64,000 bases of DNA from Candidatus Latescibacterota bacterium (GTDB lineage: Bacteria; Latescibacterota; UBA2968; GCA-2709665): assembly GCA_965203805.1 (NCBI GenBank), contig OZ241917.1, positions 4,832,001-4,896,000 on the forward strand, given 5' to 3'. The notes below the pieces were generated by a model. The model was given only the letters and a program-made list of their open reading frames with translations. It was not told the DNA's origin and did no database searches. How positions within the stretch are numbered: position 1 is the first letter of the stretch; each line of letters opens with the position of its first letter. Below, in pieces: positions 57,374-64,000 of this stretch. Position numbers and translations under genes: made by a program.

Positions 57374-58153
57374 TTATCGGTAGAACACGGGGCAGTATTC
57401 CTTGTTATGAATGAACTTGGCCAGGGTGCCCTCGGGTTGGCCGGCGGGGTGCGATTTCTCCGTGCGCATGTGGATGGCGAAACTCCGCCTGGGCGCTCCG
57501 GAGTGGTTGGGACGGCTTCCGTGGAAGGTGAGACAGTGGTGGAACGAAACGCCGCCGGGTGGAAGGATGGCCTCGACCTCCCGCCACGTCTCGCCGGAGG
57601 GAAGGGTGATCTGCTCGCGCTGCATTTCGATGTCGTCGAAGTAGAAGGCGCCCTGATTGAGCAGACCCCACTTGTGGGAGCCCTGAACAAAGGCCATGGG
57701 GCCCGTGTCTGCCGCGACGTCGGATACGGCAACCCAGGCGGTGAATAACTCGCTGCCCTCCCGCCATGCCTTCCAGTACTGCCTGTCCTGGTGCCAGCCG
57801 ACGCTGACGCCGGATCCTGAATCCGACGTTGCAGGCGGCTTGGAAAGGAGCTGGACCCACCACACCTGCACCTTTTCCGCCCCGGTGACATCCGCGGCAA
57901 GCCTGCCGAGGTCGGGGTGGCTGACAAGCTCCATTATCGCACGGTTGGCAAGCTGGGGCATTTCCACCTTGCCCAGCTTGTTGGGGTCGTCCCCGGGATT
58001 CCAATAGGAAGGCTGTGGAGGAATGCCGGTCTCGTATCGTCCTGCCAGCACGTCATCCATGCCGTCCATGACGCGGCGGATCAGGTCAACGGGAATCACC
58101 GGACGCGGATGGATGACGTATCCGTCCCTCAGGTAATCTTCGTGGCGAGCCAT
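57374..58153 (-). CDS. Phytanoyl-CoA dioxygenase (PhyH) family Fe(II)/2OG oxygenase
   Basis: WHQD, GSHKW, HGS..N.S...RR. Confidence 0.92.
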   Translation of the reverse strand: MARHEDYLRDGYVIHPRPVIPVDLIRRVMDGMDDVLAGRYETGIPPQPSYWNPGDDPNKLGKVEMPQLANRAIMELVSHPDLGRLAADVTGAEKVQVWWVQLLSKPPATSDSGSGVSVGWHQDRQYWKAWREGSELFTAWVAVSDVAADTGPMAFVQGSHKWGLLNQGAFYFDDIEMQREQITLPSGETWREVEAILPPGGVSFHHCLTFHGSRPNHSGAPRRSFAIHMRTEKSHPAGQPEGTLAKFIHNKEYCPVFYR

Positions 58154-58182
58154 GAGGCGTTCCCTTATGTTTCTTCGTGATC

Positions 58183-59820
58183 TTACCAGGCCGCGGCATA
58201 TCCGTCCCGGCGAGGGTCCGACCCGCCGATGAGCGTGTTGGTTTCCGGGAGCATGCGGATGGCCTGGGCGCTGCCGGGGCCGTCCCAGTCACCCAAAATG
58301 CGGAGGTCGTGACCCCGGCGTGCGAGCCCCTCGCGGACGTTTTCGGAAAACCTGCCTTCCAGTTGAAGGACATCCTCGCAGGTGTGCGGAACCGTGGACT
58401 CCATCGGGTTCTGCAGACTGCGCCATCGGGGCGCCTCCACGGCTTCCTGCGGGGTCATGCCGAAGTCCAGAATATGCGTAATGAGCTGGAGATTGGTCTG
58501 TACCTGGGTGTCCGCGCCGGGCGTGCCGCACACGAGCACGGCCCTGTTGTCTCGCGTGACGATGACCGGGTTCATGGTATGCCGCACCCGTTTCCCGGGC
58601 ATGAGACAGTTGGGGTGGTCCGCTTCCAGGTGCCAGTACGTCATGCGGTTATTGAGAAGGATGCCCGTGTTTCCCGCGAGAAGTCCGGATCCGAATCCGG
58701 ACTGAATGGACTGCAGCACGCAGACGGCGTTTCCCCACCGGTCCGCCGTGCAGAAGCACGTGGTGTCCTCGTGGGACTCGGGCCTGCCGGCGGGGACGTC
58801 GTTGGCCGCGCGGTCCAGGTCGATGCGCCGCGCCTGTTCTTCCCCGTAGGACTTGGAGAGGAGGCCCGCGAGCGGAATATCCAGCCAGTCGGGATCGGCG
58901 ACGTAGGCTTCCCGGTCTGAAAACGCCAGCTTCTTGGCCTCGACCATCAGATGGACGCACTCGGCCGTGTTGCAGCCGAGGGACTGAAGATCGAAGCGCT
59001 CGACGATATTGAGCTCCTGGAGCAGGATGTGGCCGCTGGAATTGGGCGGCATCTCATACACGGTGTGGCCGCGGTACGTGGTGTGAATGGGGTCCGCCCA
59101 GCCGGCCCGGTGGTTCGCCAGGTCTTCCATGGCGAGCAGACCGCCCCTGGAATGGTTGAAGGCGACAATGGCTTCCGCGATGTCTCCCTCGTACAGGGCC
59201 GCACGGCCATCCGCGGCGACCCGGCGCAACGTGGCGCCCAAGTCGTTCTGACGAAGGACGTCGCCCGCGGCGATGGGCTGTCCCTGCTTTGTGAACACGT
59301 CGCGCGTGAAGGGGTCCGAGGCGAAGTTCGCGGTCCTGGCGCGCAGGCTGCCGGACAATTTGTGGCTGACGGGAAATCCCTCTTCACAGAGGGAGATGGC
59401 GGGTTCCAGGACCCGTTCGAGACCGAGAATTCCATGGCGCTCGTGGGCGGCGAGCCAGCCGTCCACGAGGCCGGGGACGGAAACGCTCAGAATGCCCCTC
59501 ATGGGTATTCCGCCCCGTTCCAGATAGAACTCCCGGGTTGCGGCGCGCGGCGCGGCGCCGGTTGCATTGACGGCCGAGACCTCCCCGGTATCGGCCATGT
59601 AAATAAGCAGATAGCCGTCACCGCCCACGCCCGACGCGGCGGGTTCGACCACGCCCAGCGCGGCGGCGGTGGCGACGGCGGCGTCGATGGCGTTGCCGCC
59701 GGCCATCAGCGTGGTGACGCCGGCCTGGGATGCCAGGGGATGGCCTGAAGCGACGAGCCCGTTGTTTCCCATCACCGACGGGCGGAAGGCGTGGTGGCCG
59801 ATGCCGTGAGGCGATTGCAT
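58183..59820 (-). CDS. ggt: Gamma-glutamyltransferase family protein
   Basis: GGNAIDAA, SGVGGD, DTT nucleophile, LNNR, HTMNP, GTPG, DPRRDG. Confidence 0.93.
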   Translation of the reverse strand: MQSPHGIGHHAFRPSVMGNNGLVASGHPLASQAGVTTLMAGGNAIDAAVATAAALGVVEPAASGVGGDGYLLIYMADTGEVSAVNATGAAPRAATREFYLERGGIPMRGILSVSVPGLVDGWLAAHERHGILGLERVLEPAISLCEEGFPVSHKLSGSLRARTANFASDPFTRDVFTKQGQPIAAGDVLRQNDLGATLRRVAADGRAALYEGDIAEAIVAFNHSRGGLLAMEDLANHRAGWADPIHTTYRGHTVYEMPPNSSGHILLQELNIVERFDLQSLGCNTAECVHLMVEAKKLAFSDREAYVADPDWLDIPLAGLLSKSYGEEQARRIDLDRAANDVPAGRPESHEDTTCFCTADRWGNAVCVLQSIQSGFGSGLLAGNTGILLNNRMTYWHLEADHPNCLMPGKRVRHTMNPVIVTRDNRAVLVCGTPGADTQVQTNLQLITHILDFGMTPQEAVEAPRWRSLQNPMESTVPHTCEDVLQLEGRFSENVREGLARRGHDLRILGDWDGPGSAQAIRMLPETNTLIGGSDPRRDGYAAAW

Positions 59821-59835
59821 GGCGTTCTCCGTGAG

Positions 59836-61119
59836 TCAGCGCTGGAAACGGAACATCCGGGAATACGGCGCCGGATCGAGGAAAATGCCGCCGCTGTGCC
59901 GGTAGTAATCCTCGTCGAGGACGAATGCGCCGGAGCTGGGCGTGAGCCACGACGCGTTGGCGGTGGGATAATCGGCAAGCAGTTCGGCCCAGTTGCCGTA
60001 GTTTTCCGGCCCGTTGGATTCGATCAGCCCGCCTCTGATTCCCGGGAATGCGGGCAAGCGGGCCGCGACGTTCTTGTTCCACTCCACCAGGAGGGGAATG
60101 CATCCGTTGTCGGCCACGAAGCACGGCACGCCGGCTTTCGCCGCGGCGCGCACCATCCGGAACGCCAGCGATAGCGTTTTTCCCGCGGGTTTGATGGCAA
60201 TCGCGCCGTACCCCTGGCTGGTCCGTGTGCGCACGTCCTCAACGGTCTGCACGCTCTCGTCGGCCGCGAACCGGGCCGGAAGGTCGGCGACGTCGATCCC
60301 TTCGGGATTTCGAAACGGCTCTTCGATGATAACGATGTGTTCGTGAATACCGGCCTTGCGCGCGTGGTCCAGCAGGCGGGCCATGGATTCCTTCTTCTCG
60401 TATCGACCGTTTGCGTCGAGATAGTAGACGACGTTCCCGGAATGCGTCATCGGGGTATCGTACGTTGCGGCGAGGCCATGGATGCGGTCGAGCCACGCGA
60501 TGTCCTTCCGCAACATATCGGACTCCTCGCCGGGTTGCCCGATCTTGATTTTCAGAATGTAGACGCCCGTGTCCAGGATGTCCCGCAGTTCGTCCATGGG
60601 CATTCCATAGCCAACGGCCGGGGCCACCCCGAGGCGGGTCTGGCGGCTCGTAAGATGCGGTCGGTACGCGCGAGGTATGAGGTTGTCGAAGGCTGCGATC
60701 CCGTTACGCTTCGCATGGAGCATCCACGCGGCGTTGTCCATGGCCACCAGGGCGATGAGTGTAAAGGTGAGCCGCAAGTTCGGGTTGCCCGTGACGGTTC
60801 TGCCGTAGTCGTGCGCCTGCGGGACGAGTTCAGACATCATCGCGGGCGGGTCCGCGAATTCCCGGTCCACCGCCCGTTGAAGCGCGAATTCCAGAACCGA
60901 GGACATGAGGATATTACCGCCGACTTCGGTGTGGTTCGAAAACACGTCGGGGTCGGACCAGAGCACGGCCGTGCCGCCCACGCCCACCGCTTCGTTATCG
61001 TCTTCGTCTCTCAAGCGTACGACCAGGTTCCACTTCTCGTGGAAAGCCGCGCCCTTGAACGCGAACGGCCTGGCGAAAGGCTGACGCTGCAATTCCAGGT
61101 CAGCGTGGACGATGCGCAT
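59836..61119 (-). CDS. Enolase-superfamily (mandelate racemase-like) protein
   Basis: KIK, LDAN, IEEP, ADES, AIKP. Confidence 0.8.
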   Translation of the reverse strand: MRIVHADLELQRQPFARPFAFKGAAFHEKWNLVVRLRDEDDNEAVGVGGTAVLWSDPDVFSNHTEVGGNILMSSVLEFALQRAVDREFADPPAMMSELVPQAHDYGRTVTGNPNLRLTFTLIALVAMDNAAWMLHAKRNGIAAFDNLIPRAYRPHLTSRQTRLGVAPAVGYGMPMDELRDILDTGVYILKIKIGQPGEESDMLRKDIAWLDRIHGLAATYDTPMTHSGNVVYYLDANGRYEKKESMARLLDHARKAGIHEHIVIIEEPFRNPEGIDVADLPARFAADESVQTVEDVRTRTSQGYGAIAIKPAGKTLSLAFRMVRAAAKAGVPCFVADNGCIPLLVEWNKNVAARLPAFPGIRGGLIESNGPENYGNWAELLADYPTANASWLTPSSGAFVLDEDYYRHSGGIFLDPAPYSRMFRFQR

Positions 61120-61126
61120 GCGCGCC

Positions 61127-62137
61127 TCACTCCCAGCGGGTGAGGTCCAGGAGGACGCCCAGCCAGGCGTTTTTTTCCTCCAGCAGGCCCCGGTAGGCCG
61201 TGGCGGCGCTGGAAGCCGGCAGGACGTGGGTGAGCAGTGGGGCGACCTTCAGGCGCTCCCGGGCGATAAAGTCCAGCATAAGGTCGTCGGGATCCGGGTC
61301 GCCGAACTGCGCCGCGTCGGCCTGCCTGGAGCCATGCGCGCCAATCACGGACACGCCGGTGCGGTGAAGGTCGAAATAGAGGTCGATTTCGGCGCTGCCC
61401 CGCGGGCTTCCCAACAGGACGACCTGACCCATCTGCGCGGCGGCCCTGATGGCATGCGGGGCCACATCCGGGTTGCCCGTGGCCTCGACCACGACCTGGC
61501 AGCCCGCGCCGTTCGTCAGGGCATCAATGCAATCTCCAACGCCCTCCGCGGCCGGATTGATACAGGCCTCGACGCCGCAGGCCTTCGAGACGGCCAGTCG
61601 TTCGGGGACGGTATCGATGCCGATGACCCGGCGGGCGCCCGAAAGCCCCATCAATTGTGCGGCCAGGTTGCCGACGAGACCCTGGCCGAACACGGCGACC
61701 GTATGGCCGAGACGGACGTCGGACAGGCGCACGGCCGTAAGCGCGATCTTCGCGATGACCGCGAACGGCGCCCGTTCCAGCGCCAGGTTCTCCGGGAGCT
61801 TGAGCAGCGACCGGCCTGAAGCGATCAGCGCGTGCGAGGCGTGCTTTCCGCGCACGTAGACCAGGTCGCCTTCGCCCACGGCGTCCACGTCGCGGCCGGC
61901 AAGCAGTACGCGCCCGACGGAAGCGTAACCCGGGTAAAAGGGATATTTGGCGTATGTGAAGTCCGGAAGCGGGAAACCCACGTGCGTCTGCGTGAACATC
62001 GCCAGTTCGGTGCCGGGGCTGATCAGACCGTAGAGGTTTTCGACCAGGACTTCGGCGGGTCCAGGAGTGTCCCGGACCTCGACGTCGACGGTTTCCACGT
62101 TCATTCTTTCCGGAAAAACAAGCTGTCTGGCCTTCAT
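61127..62137 (-). CDS. MDR-family (zinc-binding alcohol dehydrogenase-like) oxidoreductase
   Basis: ISPGTE, PGYASVG, GQGLVG, EATG. Confidence 0.88.
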   Translation of the reverse strand: MKARQLVFPERMNVETVDVEVRDTPGPAEVLVENLYGLISPGTELAMFTQTHVGFPLPDFTYAKYPFYPGYASVGRVLLAGRDVDAVGEGDLVYVRGKHASHALIASGRSLLKLPENLALERAPFAVIAKIALTAVRLSDVRLGHTVAVFGQGLVGNLAAQLMGLSGARRVIGIDTVPERLAVSKACGVEACINPAAEGVGDCIDALTNGAGCQVVVEATGNPDVAPHAIRAAAQMGQVVLLGSPRGSAEIDLYFDLHRTGVSVIGAHGSRQADAAQFGDPDPDDLMLDFIARERLKVAPLLTHVLPASSAATAYRGLLEEKNAWLGVLLDLTRWE

Positions 62138-62196
62138 GACGAATCCTCAGTGATTCGTGCCCGGGTTCCAGGGCTCCCTGGCGGATCGCTCTCGCG

Positions 62197-63549
62197 TCAG
62201 TGTCCCAGTCCGATACCGGTCAGGCGGGATGTCTCCACAGACCCTTCGGTGATGTCGAAGGCTTCGGGAAACCGGTCCGCCCAGATACCGTTCGCATCCG
62301 GGCAGTATTGCCGCGCGTTGCCCTCGATGGCCGTCACAGAGGGGACGCGCGCGGCCAGGCCCGCGGAGTGCAGAAACGAGGCTCCCGGGCAGGTGAGGTC
62401 CTGGACGCAGAGAAACATGCCGTATTTTTCGGCGGCGGCGCCCATCAACAGGGCCTGCGACTGCCCCTTGCAGGTTTTGAGCGCCACGCCGGAATAGCCG
62501 AGGTCACGGGCGAGCAGCAGGCTCTCGAAATCCTCCAGCGACTCGTCAATTACCACGGGACGGATCCTGGCGGCTTCGTGCATTCTGTTTTCCGGGTTCG
62601 CCCGGAGATCGCGGGCGGTGGGTTGCTCGATGTAAGCCACGCGTTCGAGGGCGCCGCCGCTCTTTTCCTCCATTTGCGCCAGGAAATCCAGAAGATAGCC
62701 CACGTCGCGGCATTGTTCGTTGAAGTCGAGGGAGTATGCCCAGTCGGAAACGGACCGTTCGGCCTGTGTCCGGGAGGTGACGGCGTGGATGTCGCAGACG
62801 CGGGCGACGTCCCACGCGAGGTCGTCGCCGTTGAGTTTGATTTTGAGGTGGGTCAGGCCGTCCGCGCGGATCCACTCCGAGAGGGTCTCGGGCAGGCCGT
62901 CGTCCAGGCGCTGATCGACGTCCGCGTCCGTGAGCGGGTCCAGGGCGCCCACGAGGTGGTAGAGCGGCATTCGCGGCGTGGGGTTCCGGAGGGTGTACCG
63001 GTCCAGGTATTCGCCGCTGAAGTCCTCGTTGAGATAACGGGCCAGGTCGTGGTTCATCCACCGGTCGGACAGGCCGTCGTACGCGTTGATCCGATTGACC
63101 TTGCCGAAGGCGTCGTGCAGCGCGGCGTCGATCGGGCTGGCAGTAACGAGGGTACAGAGTTTGGGAATCGGTTCCGCCAGGTCCAGGTCCGCACCGGTTT
63201 CCGCGGCAAGATCGAGAAACCGCGATTCCAGGTCCTCCATCATGTCGACGGGATGCCCGCTATCCCCGTAGGTGCGGGTGAAAGCGGCCATGCGCTCGCC
63301 CAGTCGGACCATCGCCTGCATCGAATCGTCGAAGCCGACGGTCTGAGAGGGAAAGGACCAGGCGTTCCCCAGTGGCATGGACCCGAAACCGGACGCCCTC
63401 TCGCCGGCGCCGTTCTCCACGTCGACGGTCACGTTCAAGAGTTTGCAATGCGTCGTGACCACGCCGCCGAATTTAAGGGGGGTACGGTAGGGGTATGCCT
63501 CGAAGTCGAGTTCTACGTTGAGGATTCGGATATCCGAGGGCTTTGGCAT
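62197..63549 (-). CDS. Enolase-superfamily (mandelate racemase/muconate lactonizing-like) protein
   Basis: KIK, LDFNE, IEQP, IDES, ALKTCKG, VQDL. Confidence 0.85.
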   Translation of the reverse strand: MPKPSDIRILNVELDFEAYPYRTPLKFGGVVTTHCKLLNVTVDVENGAGERASGFGSMPLGNAWSFPSQTVGFDDSMQAMVRLGERMAAFTRTYGDSGHPVDMMEDLESRFLDLAAETGADLDLAEPIPKLCTLVTASPIDAALHDAFGKVNRINAYDGLSDRWMNHDLARYLNEDFSGEYLDRYTLRNPTPRMPLYHLVGALDPLTDADVDQRLDDGLPETLSEWIRADGLTHLKIKLNGDDLAWDVARVCDIHAVTSRTQAERSVSDWAYSLDFNEQCRDVGYLLDFLAQMEEKSGGALERVAYIEQPTARDLRANPENRMHEAARIRPVVIDESLEDFESLLLARDLGYSGVALKTCKGQSQALLMGAAAEKYGMFLCVQDLTCPGASFLHSAGLAARVPSVTAIEGNARQYCPDANGIWADRFPEAFDITEGSVETSRLTGIGLGH

Positions 63550-63571
63550 CGTCGCTCCATTCTGCGGGTCT

Positions 63572-64000
63572 CTATCCGCCCAGCTGTCGTTCCACGCCTG
63601 CCGTGAGGGCGGCATCGATGCGCGCGACGCTCTCCTCCAGGTGGGCGCGGGTCTGGCGGTCCAGTCCGTTGCTGGAAAGGGCGTCCCGGATCGCGGTTTT
63701 CAGTACTGCCAGGTCGGCGCGCGCAAGGGAAGTGGCATCGGCAGGCGCGTCACCGGGCGGTTTCACGACCAGTCCGACGACGTGGTTCAGGTGCAGGCGC
63801 TGGAGATTTCGCCGAAAGCTGTTAATGTTGGTTCCGGATTCCAGTTCCACCCAGATAGCCTCCCGGAGACCGTCGAAGAGTTCCGGCATGCCGAATACGT
63901 CGCCGCGCGCCCAGAGTCCCACGTCCTGCAGTCGGTTCAGAAGCAGTGGATGGTACAGCGCACTCAGAGGGCCCCGCTGAATGCTCAGAATCCGGCTGTG
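63572..64000 (-). CDS. C-terminal part of a zinc-dependent metalloprotease (DUF4953/EcxA-like), truncated by window end
   Basis: RILSIQ...LNRLQD...ELFDGL..AIW.EL...INSFRRNLQR...TRAHL. Confidence 0.7.
   Translation of the reverse strand, partial: HSRILSIQRGPLSALYHPLLLNRLQDVGLWARGDVFGMPELFDGLREAIWVELESGTNINSFRRNLQRLHLNHVVGLVVKPPGDAPADATSLARADLAVLKTAIRDALSSNGLDRQTRAHLEESVARIDAALTAGVERQLGG

Noticed and set aside
1-64000. CRISPR array, rRNA, prophage or known riboswitch
   Set aside because: No repeat-spacer periodicity, rRNA signature, phage gene or recognisable aptamer consensus seen.

Overview
A 64 kb window from a GC-rich, Gram-negative bacterium (it has Lnt, a TonB receptor and rmlB/C). It is probably an uncultured, carbohydrate-oriented lineage, but that is inference only. 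Most of it is catabolic enzyme clusters (five Gfo/Idh/MocA, two class III aminotransferases, SDRs, 2-hydroxyacid dehydrogenases, enolase-superfamily proteins, UxaC, GGT, PhyH), housekeeping genes (uvrA, hemL, bioF, trmJ-like) and an accessory patch at about 19.8-28.3 kb with TA modules and gene remnants. Main observations: (1) An intact IS110 bridge-recombinase element (5528-7144). Its ends, 2-nt AA core and candidate bridge-RNA target and donor guides can be read from the sequence, and it has inserted exactly into the purine strand of a pseudoknot/triple-helix motif. (2) That motif also ends a 277-bp non-coding structured repeat present twice in inverted orientation (7472-7748, 20200-20476). 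(3) A single-ORF, topologically consistent Lnt-TatC fusion behind a switch-like leader. (4) A D-arm-deleted tRNA-Arg(ACG)-like element with its own promoter in the uvrA leader. (5) A GH106-like protein that appears to have lost several active-site residues, next to a tandem zinc-finger mini-protein. (6) A 115-bp MITE with a 4-bp target duplication. All calls are by eye from motifs; no searches or folding programs were run.
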